This document shows positions 9,415 to 19,116 of a stretch of 64,000 bases of DNA, one piece after another (position 1 is the first letter of the stretch; every line of letters begins with the position of its first letter). The DNA comes from an uncultured delta proteobacterium (GTDB lineage Bacteria > Myxococcota_A > Polyangia > Polyangiales > Houyiibacteriaceae). Below the pieces are notes generated by a model. It was given only the letters and a program-made list of their open reading frames with translations, did not search any database and was not told the DNA's origin. The DNA is taken from positions 320,001-384,000 of the forward strand of contig CAVOVB010000002.1 in assembly GCA_963699755.1 (NCBI GenBank), given 5' to 3'. A program made the translations under genes and the position numbers.

Positions 9415-10709
9415 TAGCCGACCCGCGTGTAGTGAATGTGATCTTGTGATGCGTATGCTGGGTCGTTCGCGGCCCACTGCACCATCGAGAGCGCGCCGCC
9501 CTGGAACGCGACCAGATCGAAAAAACCGCAACCTTGCTCGAGCGCAACGCGGTGCTGCACTTCGATCAAGCTGGCCGTTCGCGAGCGGTCTTCGAACACG
9601 TGCGCCTCTACTTGCAGTGGCCGGTCCGACGGGCCGATCAAGAGACAGGAAGCCTCGGGGACCGTGTCCCGCATGCGTTGGAGCACGGCGCGAAGGTCTT
9701 TCTCATAGTCTTCGAGAGGTGATTCGTCGCCGCTTTCGTTGGTCCCGTAGGCCAAGACGACCAGGTCCGGCTTTCGTCTCCGAAGGTGTTCCTGGTACAC
9801 CTCCTCGTCCCACAGGAGCTGATAGCGAACGCGTGAACCGTTGATGCCAAGGGTATCGACGATCACGCCGGGCTCATCGCGTTCGACCGCCAGGCCATAG
9901 ACACGGACCGGACGCTTGCCCAAGGTTCGGATTTCGAAACGATGAGGGGCATCCGGCACGCGAAAGGTGGCGTAGGCAGTCGAAGCCTTGGCGGCCCGCG
10001 TGGAAATGCGACGCGCCTTCCGGCCGTCGATGTACACATCCATGTCGCCGCCGTGGGGGTGGTTGTCGTAGTAGAGCTCGAAGAGGCCCGCGGTTCGGCC
10101 GTGCTCACCCTCTTGGGCAGTCTGTACCGCGCCGAACGAGCCTGGTCGCTGGCTCATCATGGCGATTCCGGCGAGCCCAACGCGCTGGACGTCCTCATCC
10201 CCGACTCGAACGCGCTGCGTCTCCCATCGATCGCCGTCGCTCTCGATGTTGATGTCACGGTGCCTATAGGTCCGCCAGGGATGCACGGGCACGAGAAAGC
10301 CGTGACCTGCATCGCCGTAGCGGGCTTGCAGCTCCCGACGGATGTACCCTGTGAAAAGATCACTGGCGACGTGAGACGCGCCGTAAAACAGAAGTCGAGC
10401 TTGGCCTTCGCCCGCCGCAGCGCGTGCAAGAGCTCGATGCAAGGCGTCCATCGACTTCCCATCACGATCTTCAATTGCGATGTCGAGCCCCAGCCGGTCA
10501 TTTGGCGGTGGCCCCAGGAGCTTCGGTCCCATGCGCTCTTTGGAACGAGCCGCCTCGAGGACCACGGTCCCGTTGATCGCGGCAGGCGTCCTCGGAGATG
10601 CATCGGCCGAGGTCGAAGATGCGCCATAGCCGAGCGTCCAGACGCTCGCTAGCGCCAGCCCAAACAAGACAATCGCCGCAGGCGAACCCCATAGATTCCC
10701 GAGCCGCAC
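9243..10709 (-). CDS. Second SGNH/GDSL hydrolase (Ape/PatB-like)
   Basis: Signal/TM; YGASH, GINGSR, YGTNES, DHIHY; paralogous to the convergent neighbour (LQARY/FGDAGHGF). Confidence 0.8.
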   Translation of the reverse strand: MRLGNLWGSPAAIVLFGLALASVWTLGYGASSTSADASPRTPAAINGTVVLEAARSKERMGPKLLGPPPNDRLGLDIAIEDRDGKSMDALHRALARAAAGEGQARLLFYGASHVASDLFTGYIRRELQARYGDAGHGFLVPVHPWRTYRHRDINIESDGDRWETQRVRVGDEDVQRVGLAGIAMMSQRPGSFGAVQTAQEGEHGRTAGLFELYYDNHPHGGDMDVYIDGRKARRISTRAAKASTAYATFRVPDAPHRFEIRTLGKRPVRVYGLAVERDEPGVIVDTLGINGSRVRYQLLWDEEVYQEHLRRRKPDLVVLAYGTNESGDESPLEDYEKDLRAVLQRMRDTVPEASCLLIGPSDRPLQVEAHVFEDRSRTASLIEVQHRVALEQGCGFFDLVAFQGGALSMVQWAANDPAYASQDHIHYTRVGYQRLGEVLLSALLEGMPPSNEYQPASAALPVEAPASPAPSLDESVADAGAAEGSPER

Positions 10710-10786
10710 GTCCCCACAATGGCGACCCCGCGCGATCCAGTCAAATTGGCGTGTGATGCGGATGAAAGTCGGCCATGATGTGTGCC

Positions 10787-11305
10787 ATGAAATCGCGCGA
10801 GTTGCTCTTCTCCGGCACCTTATTCGACGTGGCTCGTCTTAGCTTCGAAGGGCCGGATGGCCGCGCGGCCGTCCGCGAGGTGATCGAGCATCCAGGGGCG
10901 GCCGTGATCCTCCCCCTTTTAGACGACGGTCGTGTCGTCCTGATTCGCAATATGCGCCATGCCGTCGGCAAGGTTCTCTGGGAGCTGCCAGCCGGCACAC
11001 TCGAAGCCGGGGAAGCCCCCATGGCCTGCGCGGCTCGAGAGGTAGAGGAGGAGACCGGTTATCGGGCAGGAACGATCGCACCACTCACCGCGTTCTATGC
11101 CTCCCCTGGCGTCCTCAACGAGCGGATGCACGGTTTTCTGGCCACTGACCTCGAGCAGACCGCCCAGTCGCTCCAAAATGACGAAGAGATCGAAGTCTTC
11201 CCGATTCCGCAATGGCAGATTCGCGACATGATCAAGGACGGACACATCGAAGACGCCAAGACCATCGCGCTGCTGCTCTATTGGATGCACCTTTATTCCC
11301 CGTGA
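10787..11305 (+). CDS. NUDIX hydrolase (ADP-ribose pyrophosphatase-like)
   Basis: WELPAGTLEAGE...AAREVEEETG Nudix box; IEDAKTI. Confidence 0.92.
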   Translation: MKSRELLFSGTLFDVARLSFEGPDGRAAVREVIEHPGAAVILPLLDDGRVVLIRNMRHAVGKVLWELPAGTLEAGEAPMACAAREVEEETGYRAGTIAPLTAFYASPGVLNERMHGFLATDLEQTAQSLQNDEEIEVFPIPQWQIRDMIKDGHIEDAKTIALLLYWMHLYSP

Positions 11306-11328
11306 AGTTCTCGGGAGCGTCGATACCG

Positions 11329-12567
11329 ATGGAGCTGCTGACCCGCATTCAAGACAACTGGATCGTCCTGCTGATCCCGATGATCAGCGCATTGGTGGGC
11401 TGGTTCACCAATGTCGTCGCCATCAAGATGATGTTCAAGCCGGTCGAATTCATGGGCATTCCACCCTATCTCGGCTGGCAAGGCGTGATCCCAGCCAACG
11501 CGCTCCGGCTCGCGCGAGTTTCAAACACACTGATCACAGAGAAGCTGATCTCACTGCGGGAGCTTTTCGACGAGACCTTCAGCGCCGAGTCCTTTGCTGG
11601 AAAGCTCGGCGCGGTCATCGATGACGTGACGGAACAGGTGATCGACGAGGTCGCGAACAAGCACGCCAAGGCGATGTGGGACAATGCCGGCGAGTTCATG
11701 CAGAACAAGGTGCGCGGGCGGGTGCGAGCCGAAGTGATCGAAGTCTCGCGCGCAATCGCGATGGACATGGCGGACGACATCGACAAGATCATGGACATCG
11801 AGAAGACGGTTCTCGACGCAATGGAACGGCACAAGGCGTTGATGGGCGAGATGTTCTTCGAAGTCGGGCGCAAGGAGTTCAAGTTCATCGAGCGATCAGG
11901 CCTCTATTTCGGCTTCCTGTTTGGCCTCTTCCAGATGGTCGTCTGGGTCCTCTATCCCGCTCCCTGGATCCTTCCCGCCGCTGGCTTCCTCGTCGGCTAC
12001 CTGACCAATTGGATCGCGATCAAGCTCGTGTTCGCACCACGCGAGCCCGTGAGAATCGGACCCCTGACGGTACAGGGCCTGTTTCACAAGAGGCAGAACG
12101 AGGTCGCCGAGGCGTTTGGGCGAACTGTCGCGACGCGCGTACTGAACGCTGACAACATCGTGACTACGGTGATGCAAAGCGATGGTGCGGCGCATATGAA
12201 CGCAATCGTCGAGCGTCGCATCGGCGAGCTCATCTCGAAATACGAAGCCCACCCCATGGCTGCTCTGGTTTTGCCCGAACAGAAGCGACCTGCCCTCCGG
12301 GCCGAGCTCCTCGAACGAATCCAAACCGAGTGGCCGAAGCCGGGCGGCTTCTTCCACACCTTCGCCGGCGAATCGGTGGATCTCCAAGGTGAGCTCGAAC
12401 GTCGGATGAAAGCGCTCGACCGCGAAAGCTACGAGGGGGTTCTCAGGCCTGCATTCCAGCAGGACGAATGGAAGTTGATTGCAGCGGGAGCCGTCCTAGG
12501 CACCATCGCCGGCGTCCTGCAGCTGGTTTTCATCTTCGGCGACGCCATGGAACGCCTGAGCCGCTAG
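11329..12567 (+). CDS. DUF445 family membrane protein
   Basis: VGWFTNVVAIKMMF, GWQGVIP and VGYLTNWIAIKLVF internal repeat. Confidence 0.85.
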   Translation: MELLTRIQDNWIVLLIPMISALVGWFTNVVAIKMMFKPVEFMGIPPYLGWQGVIPANALRLARVSNTLITEKLISLRELFDETFSAESFAGKLGAVIDDVTEQVIDEVANKHAKAMWDNAGEFMQNKVRGRVRAEVIEVSRAIAMDMADDIDKIMDIEKTVLDAMERHKALMGEMFFEVGRKEFKFIERSGLYFGFLFGLFQMVVWVLYPAPWILPAAGFLVGYLTNWIAIKLVFAPREPVRIGPLTVQGLFHKRQNEVAEAFGRTVATRVLNADNIVTTVMQSDGAAHMNAIVERRIGELISKYEAHPMAALVLPEQKRPALRAELLERIQTEWPKPGGFFHTFAGESVDLQGELERRMKALDRESYEGVLRPAFQQDEWKLIAAGAVLGTIAGVLQLVFIFGDAMERLSR

Positions 12568-12609
12568 GCAGCCGGGCGCTGGCCGAACACCCGCGCAACG
12601 GCTACACCT

Positions 12610-13470
12610 TTGCCCGTGGAACACACCGCAACGTTGCTCGTCTGCTGCCCCGACCGCAAAGGCCTCGTCGCGGCCCTGGCGCAGGTTCTCTACGGCCACG
12701 GTGCCAACATCCTCGATGCCGATCAGCACAGCGATCCGGTCGCCGGTCAGTTCTTCCAACGCATCAAGTTCGACATGTCCGAGCTGCATACCGATCGCCG
12801 AAGCTTGGAGACCGCGATCGCCGAAGTCGCCGGCCGTTTCTCGATGAGCTGGCGGATAGCCGACGGCAGCAATCGCTTTCGGACCGCGATCTTCGTGTCG
12901 AAGTACGACCATTGTCTATATGACCTGTTGCTGCGCCAACGCGCTGGGGAGCTCTCCACGGAGTTCGCCATGGTCATCAGCAATCACGAGGACCTTCGCC
13001 CGGTGGCCGAGCAGTTTGGGATCCCGTTCTACTGCCTACCGGTCACCAAAGAAACGAAGCCTGCGCAAGAGCGTGAGACGCTCGCACTGCTCAAGGCCGA
13101 GAGGGTCGATCTCGTCGTGCTCGCTCGATACATGCAGATTCTCAGCGATGACTTCTTGAATGCCTATGACGGTCAGGTCATCAACATCCACCATTCGTTC
13201 TTACCTGCCTTCATGGGGAGCAAGCCCTACCACAGAGCTTTCGAACGGGGCGTCAAGCTGATCGGCGCTACCGCACACTACGCCACCGCAGACTTGGACG
13301 AAGGACCGATCATCGAGCAAGACGTCGTCCGCTGTTCACACCGCGACTCCGTGCAGGACCTGATTCGCAAGGGTCGCGACCTCGAGAAAGTCGTGCTGGG
13401 GCGCGCAGTGCGCTGGCACCTCGACGACAGAATTCTCGTCTACGACAACAAAACGGTCGTGTTCAACTAA
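12610..13470 (+). CDS. purU: Formyltetrahydrofolate deformylase
   Basis: ACT domain CPDRKGLVA; SKYDHCL, LARYMQIL, INIHHSFLP, GVKLIGATAH, DEGPIIEQ. Confidence 0.96.
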   Translation: MPVEHTATLLVCCPDRKGLVAALAQVLYGHGANILDADQHSDPVAGQFFQRIKFDMSELHTDRRSLETAIAEVAGRFSMSWRIADGSNRFRTAIFVSKYDHCLYDLLLRQRAGELSTEFAMVISNHEDLRPVAEQFGIPFYCLPVTKETKPAQERETLALLKAERVDLVVLARYMQILSDDFLNAYDGQVINIHHSFLPAFMGSKPYHRAFERGVKLIGATAHYATADLDEGPIIEQDVVRCSHRDSVQDLIRKGRDLEKVVLGRAVRWHLDDRILVYDNKTVVFN

Positions 13471-13479
13471 GGAGTCCAG

Positions 13480-14274
13480 ATGTTCGAACGAGTTAAACTG
13501 ACCATCGACAACCAGGTCGCGACGGTTCGCATGTCACGTCCCGAAAAACGCAACGCCCTGGACGCAGACATGTTCGAGGCTCTCATCGGCACAGGTAAGC
13601 GCATCATGGCAGACAAGAGCGTTCGCGCGGTCGTGCTCCACGGCGAAGGCAAGGCCTTTTGCGCCGGGCTCGATTTCGGCTCGTTCATGGGGTCGCCTGA
13701 TCTGATGCAGAAGCTCCTTTCACGAAGCGAAGAGAGTCCTGCCAACGTGGCGCAACGGGCAGGGTGGATTTGGCAAGAGGTCCAGGTCCCTGTCATCGCC
13801 GCGATCCACGGCTTCGCTTTTGGCGGTGGGCTTCAAATCGCCCTCGGCGCCGACCTTCGCTACGTCACCGCCGATTCGCAGTTCTCCGTCATGGAGATCA
13901 AATGGGGATTGATCCCCGACATGAGCATCACACAGACGATGTTGGAGACCGTCCCGCTAGACGTCGCCAAGGAGCTTACGTTCACCGGAAGGATCATCTC
14001 GGGCAGCGAGGCGGTCGCGCTGGGGCTCGCGACCAAGGTCTCCGACGATCCGCTTGCGGACGCGCTCGAAACCGCCAAATTGATTGCGACGAAGTCGCCG
14101 CATGCGATCCGAGCAGGAAAGGCTCTTCTTCGCGACGCGCCCAAGATGTCCCGCGCAGATGCGCTCAAGCTCGAAACCGCGCTGCAGGTCACTTTGCTCG
14201 GCAGCCCCAATCAAATGGAGGCCGTGCAGGCCAACATGAGCAAGCGCGATCCCGAGTTCAAAGACCCAGAATAG
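13480..14274 (+). CDS. Enoyl-CoA hydratase/isomerase (crotonase) family
   Basis: RPEKRNAL, AFCAGLD, GGGLQIALGADLR, EIKWGLIPD. Confidence 0.92.
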   Translation: MFERVKLTIDNQVATVRMSRPEKRNALDADMFEALIGTGKRIMADKSVRAVVLHGEGKAFCAGLDFGSFMGSPDLMQKLLSRSEESPANVAQRAGWIWQEVQVPVIAAIHGFAFGGGLQIALGADLRYVTADSQFSVMEIKWGLIPDMSITQTMLETVPLDVAKELTFTGRIISGSEAVALGLATKVSDDPLADALETAKLIATKSPHAIRAGKALLRDAPKMSRADALKLETALQVTLLGSPNQMEAVQANMSKRDPEFKDPE

Positions 14275-14284
14275 GCGCGACCGG

Positions 14285-15328
14285 CTAGGCCGTCTCGGGC
14301 GGCTTCGAGACGCGGGGCTGATACTGACAACAATCCGGTGGACAGACGTCTGGTGAAGGACCGCGGTTACCCATGGATTGACGCACGCTGACCTTGCCGA
14401 GGCGCTCTTCGATGAGCTCGCGAATCATGGAAACGAAAGCCGGGTGGGTTCCGACCGTGGGCGCGCGCGTGAGCGTAATACCGAGCTCGTTGGCATAGTC
14501 TCTGGCCTCGTGGTCGAGATCCCAGATTACCTCCATGTGGTCCGACAAGAAGCCAATCGGCGCGACCACCACGTCTTTCGTGTTGATCTGTGCAAGGGCC
14601 TCTAGATGCTCGAGGATGTCCGGACCCAGCCAGGGGACATGAGGGGGCCCACTTCGGCTCTGATAGACGAGCTGCCAGCGATCGTGGCGCGCCCCCTCTG
14701 CAACCAGTCGTGCAGTTTCTTCGAGCTGATCCGCGTAGTCGCAAGTCTTGGCCATCGCATCCGGAATGCTGTGGCCGCTGAATGCGACGCGCGCGCATTC
14801 GCGTCGCTCTTTGGGTAGCGTCTCGAGCGCGGCGAGCAAGCAGTCGACGTTCGCTTCGATGAAGCCAGGATGATTGTAGAACGCTCGGATCTTGTCGACC
14901 AAGGGCGCGCCTTCGCCCAGCTCCTCGCAAGCCTTTGCGATGTTCTCCTGGTACTGCCGACATCCACTATAGCTACCGTACGCCGATGTGAAGAATGCAA
15001 GCGCTCGTTTCTTCCCGTCGTCACGCATTTGGCGGAGCGCTTCGAGAATGAAAGGGTTCCAGTTTCGATTTCCCCAGTAGATCGGCAGATCTATTCCGCT
15101 CTTGCGTAGCTCCTCTTCGAGCGCAGCGATCAACGCTCGATTCTGGTCGTTAATGGGACTCTTTCCCTCGAAGTGATTGTAGTGCGCGGCAACTTCCTTG
15201 AGCCGCTCGGGCGGGACGTTCTTGCCACGCACCACGTTCTCGAGAAATGGCATGACGTCTGCGCGGTTCTCCGGTCCCCCGAAAGACACCAGGAGAATGC
15301 TGTCGTACTCCAAATCTGTATCGCCCAC
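14285..15328 (-). CDS. hemH: Ferrochelatase
   Basis: SFGGPE...VMPFLENV, SYSGCRQY, HSIP, YQSRSG...WLGP, IGFLSDHMEV. Confidence 0.93.
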   Translation of the reverse strand: MGDTDLEYDSILLVSFGGPENRADVMPFLENVVRGKNVPPERLKEVAAHYNHFEGKSPINDQNRALIAALEEELRKSGIDLPIYWGNRNWNPFILEALRQMRDDGKKRALAFFTSAYGSYSGCRQYQENIAKACEELGEGAPLVDKIRAFYNHPGFIEANVDCLLAALETLPKERRECARVAFSGHSIPDAMAKTCDYADQLEETARLVAEGARHDRWQLVYQSRSGPPHVPWLGPDILEHLEALAQINTKDVVVAPIGFLSDHMEVIWDLDHEARDYANELGITLTRAPTVGTHPAFVSMIRELIEERLGKVSVRQSMGNRGPSPDVCPPDCCQYQPRVSKPPETA

Positions 15329-15402
15329 GTCCGAACTCTCGCGCCGAAAACCGTCAATGGCAAGCCAAGACTCTTGCCAAGTATCGAGGGCTGTGCTCTA
15401 GC

Positions 15403-16191
15403 TTGGCCGTGCGGATCACGATTCTCGGAAGCGGTAGCGAGGGGAACGCGCTTCTCTTGGAGTCCAGGACGACCACTGTTCTGGTCGACGCAGGTCTTTC
15501 GCACCGCAAGCTCGTTCAGCGCTTCGCGGCGCTCGGGAGAGAGGTTCCGACCAATGTGCGCGCCCTCATAGTGACCCACAGCCACAGTGACCACGCAGCG
15601 CACGCGTCGAGCTACGCGACCCGTCTCGGCTGCCCGATTCGTGCCAGTGAAGCAACGATGCCTTGGATTCGCCTAGGTGCTGCGGCGCAAGCCGAAACCT
15701 TCACCACAGGGCGGCCATTCGTCTTGGGCGACATCAGGATCCACTCGCAGTCGATCCCGCATGACGTGCCCCAGGTTGCCCTCCGCTTCGAAACGAAGTC
15801 GACCAGCGTCGGCCTCGTGACCGACCTCGGGCATGTTCCCAAGGAACTCCGGCGATTCCTCGGCGACTCCGAGATCCTTCTGCTCGAGAGCAATCACGAC
15901 CCGGAGATGCTCGCCGAAGGCCCCTACCCTGCGACACTCAAGCAGCGCGTGAGCGGGTCGCGCGGACATCTTTCGAACGGTCAGGCTGGCGACTTGCTGG
16001 CAGGGCTTGGGTACGTGCCCAAGTGTGTGGTCCTGATGCACTTGTCCGAGACCAACAACTCCCCTCGACTCGCACGAAGCTCCGCCGAGGCAGCGCTGGG
16101 ACATCAGGGCACTCAGCTGCTTCTCGCAAAGCAGCGAGAGCCGCTGGAGCTTGGTCCCAGACTCGAACCACAGCTGCAGCTCGGTCTCTGA
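15403..16191 (+). CDS. MBL-fold metallohydrolase (YycJ/WalJ-like)
   Basis: GSGSEGN, THSHSDH, PHD, TDLG, ESNHD, GHLSN, HLSETNN. Confidence 0.9.
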   Translation: MAVRITILGSGSEGNALLLESRTTTVLVDAGLSHRKLVQRFAALGREVPTNVRALIVTHSHSDHAAHASSYATRLGCPIRASEATMPWIRLGAAAQAETFTTGRPFVLGDIRIHSQSIPHDVPQVALRFETKSTSVGLVTDLGHVPKELRRFLGDSEILLLESNHDPEMLAEGPYPATLKQRVSGSRGHLSNGQAGDLLAGLGYVPKCVVLMHLSETNNSPRLARSSAEAALGHQGTQLLLAKQREPLELGPRLEPQLQLGL

Positions 16192-16364
16192 CGAGAAAGC
16201 AGTGTGTCCTCTGGCGGATTTGGGGGCGAGTGCGTCGCGATCGCGAGCACGCCCATCGCGAGGCGTTCGCCGGTTGTATGGTGGATCGTTGCCGGGGCGA
16301 CTTTCTGTCGATCCAAACGCCGCAGCCCGGCGTAGGTCTGGATGAAAGGGATAGGAAGACCACC

Positions 16365-16553
16365 ATGTTTTGGACCAGCAGCCAGGCCGCCGTGAGTCAG
16401 GACCTCCTCAACGAAATCGCCACTTCCAGTGCCGTCCCCGATCCGATGCTCATCGTCTATGGTGTCTTGGGAGCACTTGCGGTGGCAACCCTGGCGACCG
16501 GCTATCTTCTCTTCGGACGATCTGGGAGGCGATCGCTACCAGACCAGCACTAG
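16365..16553 (+). CDS. Small single-TM hypothetical protein (62 aa)
   Basis: AGGA RBS, ATG 16365, one hydrophobic helix followed by a basic tail. Confidence 0.5.
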   Translation: MFWTSSQAAVSQDLLNEIATSSAVPDPMLIVYGVLGALAVATLATGYLLFGRSGRRSLPDQH

Positions 16554-17522
16554 CTTCCCGAAGGTCTCGTTGCTGTCCATTCTCCGGTGCGCGGCTTGCA
16601 CCTCAGACATCGGCAAGACCTCATCGATGATGGGCTTTAGCTCCCCGTTTGCGAACCGCCCCAGCATTGCTTCCCTAAATGCCTTCGTTAGCTCAGCTTT
16701 TTCGGCCGCGGAGCGACTGCGAAGGACCGACCCGTGAATCGAGGCGCGTTTGGCCAAGAGCGCACCGAGCGCGAGCTCGGCCTTCGCGCCACCCATCAAA
16801 CCGATCACGATGATCCGTCCCTTCTTCGCGATCACTTTCACGTTTTGCGAGAGGTAAGCGGCGCCGACGGTGTCGAGAATCACGTCGACGCCCTCTGGCG
16901 CTGCGGCGAGAACGGTATCGGCAAACTGACCGTCCTCCACGAACACCGCGTGGGTCAACCCGAGCTTGGTGCAGCGTGGAAGCTTCTGTACGCTGCGGGA
17001 AGTGCCAACGGACGACGCGCCGAGCGTCCGGGCAATCTGGATCCCAGCGGTGCCGACACCACTGGCAACCGCGTGCAAAAGGACCGTCTGCCCCGAGCGA
17101 AGGCCACCCTGCAACACGACGCCATCGTACGCCGTCAGGAAAACCTCCGGCACCGCAGCGGCTTCCTCCAACGAGATCTCGTCCGGAACGGGCATCAGCT
17201 CGGCAGCTTCGGTGACGAGCCGCGTCGCCATGGAACCGCCACCCACGATCCCCATCACCCTATCGCCAGGCGTCCATTCGCTCACTTCGTCGCCGATCGA
17301 CTCGACGACGCCGGCAAATTCGAGGCCAGGGACATCCGCCGGGACCCCAGGAGGCGCCGGGTAGAATCCACGTCGCTGTAGGCAATCGGCACGGTTGAGG
17401 CCAGCGGCTGCAACTTCGATGAGCACTTGAGTTGGCCCAGGCTCGGAGAGCACGATCTCGCCGACCTCGAGCACCTCCGGCCCGCCGGGCTCACGAATTA
17501 GGATCGCTTTGGCTTTGCGCAT
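16536..17522 (-). CDS. NAD(P)H-quinone oxidoreductase (PIG3/zeta-crystallin MDR family)
   Basis: GLNRADCLQRRGFYP, PGLEFAG, PEVFLTAY, HAVASGVG, GSVLRSR, GKLVL. Confidence 0.92.
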   Translation of the reverse strand: MRKAKAILIREPGGPEVLEVGEIVLSEPGPTQVLIEVAAAGLNRADCLQRRGFYPAPPGVPADVPGLEFAGVVESIGDEVSEWTPGDRVMGIVGGGSMATRLVTEAAELMPVPDEISLEEAAAVPEVFLTAYDGVVLQGGLRSGQTVLLHAVASGVGTAGIQIARTLGASSVGTSRSVQKLPRCTKLGLTHAVFVEDGQFADTVLAAAPEGVDVILDTVGAAYLSQNVKVIAKKGRIIVIGLMGGAKAELALGALLAKRASIHGSVLRSRSAAEKAELTKAFREAMLGRFANGELKPIIDEVLPMSEVQAAHRRMDSNETFGKLVLVW

Positions 17523-17586
17523 GCGGCGAAGCCTATCGCGCCGCCGGCCGCCGTCCAGCACCGTCTGTCGTGCTAGCTTCCCCCTG

Positions 17587-19116
17587 ATGAACGCAAACGT
17601 CGGAAGCTTGCTGCGTCGCCGGGCGCAGACCGACCCAGGGCGCACGGGCATCATCGATTCGCGGCGCGATGACCTCCCGCTCAGCTATGCGGAGCTCGAT
17701 GCACAGGCGTCCCGGGTTGCCGCAGAGCTCATTGAACGGGGCGTTGGCCCCGGCGACCGCGTCGCGATCTGTACGGCGAACGGCCTGGACTTCGTAGCCG
17801 CGTGGTTTGGCGCCCTGTACGCCGGATGCACCACGCTCCCCATTCCGGCCTCCTCGACGCCTCACGAGATCGCTGACCGTCTGCGGCACGCGAGCTGCAA
17901 GGCCCTCCTCTCCGACGCCGATTGCGTGGCGGTCGCTCGAGCGGGCAGGTCACGCGCAGGCATCTCGTCCGAGATCCTCATGGTTGAAGACGGGATCAAC
18001 CGGTCCGACGGTGGTGCTGCTCCCTGCGAAGTCTCTCCAGATTCGTTCGCCCTACTTCTCTACACTTCGGGGACGACCGGAGCCCCCAAAGCCGTCTGTA
18101 TCACCCACGGCTCACTCGCCGCCCACAGCAAGACGCTCGCCGAAGAGACGTTGAGGCTCGGCGAAGACGACCGAATCCTCGGCACCCTGCCCCTGACACA
18201 CTCCTATGGAATTCGAACGACCCTGCTCGTTCCATTCTATGCCCGCGCAACGGCCATCTTCGTCCCGAAGTTCTCCCCGACGCGGACGCTTGAGCTCTGC
18301 ACTAAACATCGGATCAGCTGGATCCCGGGCGTGCCGACCATGTTCGTCGCCTGGGCGAACGAACGCCGTCTCCCCAAGCCGCCGGCGCTTCGATGGTGCA
18401 TGAGCGCGGGCGCTCCCCTCTTGGAAGACCTGCGGCGGCGCGCAGAAGAGCGCCTCGGCGCACCGGTTCGTCAAGCGTACGGCCTCACCGAAGCGAACCT
18501 GACTGCGATCAACGCACCGCCCGACGAGGCGATCGCGGACTCATCGGGGAAACCGGTCGCCGGTGTCGAGCTCCGCATCGCGGACAGCCACGGCGCAGCA
18601 CTGCCAGAAGGCCGGCACGGCGAGGTGCTGGTGCGGGGGCCGAACGTCATGGCGGGCTACCTCGACGACCAGCTCGCGACCGCCCACGTGATGCGCGGCG
18701 GCTGGCTTCACACGGGCGACATCGGATTCGTCGACAGCGAAGGGCGGCTCAGCATCGCCGACCGTAGCAAAGACTTGATTCTCCGAGGCGGAGCGAGCAT
18801 CTACCCTTCTGAAGTCGAAAGCGTTCTCGCTCATCACGAGGCCGTTCACGACGTCGCCGTCGTCGGACGCGCAGACGACTACTACGGCGAGGAAGTGGCT
18901 GCCGTCGTCGTTTGCAGCGCCGAGGTCAGCGCCGAAGAGCTCGACGCCTGGGCAGCAGAGCGTCTGGCTCCATACAAACTCCCGCGCTGGTATGCATTCG
19001 TGAGAGAGCTCCCACGGACAACGAGCGGAAAGGCCCTGAAGCGTCGCTTGCGCCAGCAGCTCAACTCGGGCGAAATCTTGGCGGAGCCCTTAGCCCCGCA
19101 CCGCCGCGCTGAGTGA
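17587..19116 (+). CDS. AMP-binding long-chain acyl-CoA ligase
   Basis: YTSGTTGAPK, AYGLTE, WLHTGDIG, DRSKDLI, TTSGK. Confidence 0.92.
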   Translation: MNANVGSLLRRRAQTDPGRTGIIDSRRDDLPLSYAELDAQASRVAAELIERGVGPGDRVAICTANGLDFVAAWFGALYAGCTTLPIPASSTPHEIADRLRHASCKALLSDADCVAVARAGRSRAGISSEILMVEDGINRSDGGAAPCEVSPDSFALLLYTSGTTGAPKAVCITHGSLAAHSKTLAEETLRLGEDDRILGTLPLTHSYGIRTTLLVPFYARATAIFVPKFSPTRTLELCTKHRISWIPGVPTMFVAWANERRLPKPPALRWCMSAGAPLLEDLRRRAEERLGAPVRQAYGLTEANLTAINAPPDEAIADSSGKPVAGVELRIADSHGAALPEGRHGEVLVRGPNVMAGYLDDQLATAHVMRGGWLHTGDIGFVDSEGRLSIADRSKDLILRGGASIYPSEVESVLAHHEAVHDVAVVGRADDYYGEEVAAVVVCSAEVSAEELDAWAAERLAPYKLPRWYAFVRELPRTTSGKALKRRLRQQLNSGEILAEPLAPHRRAE

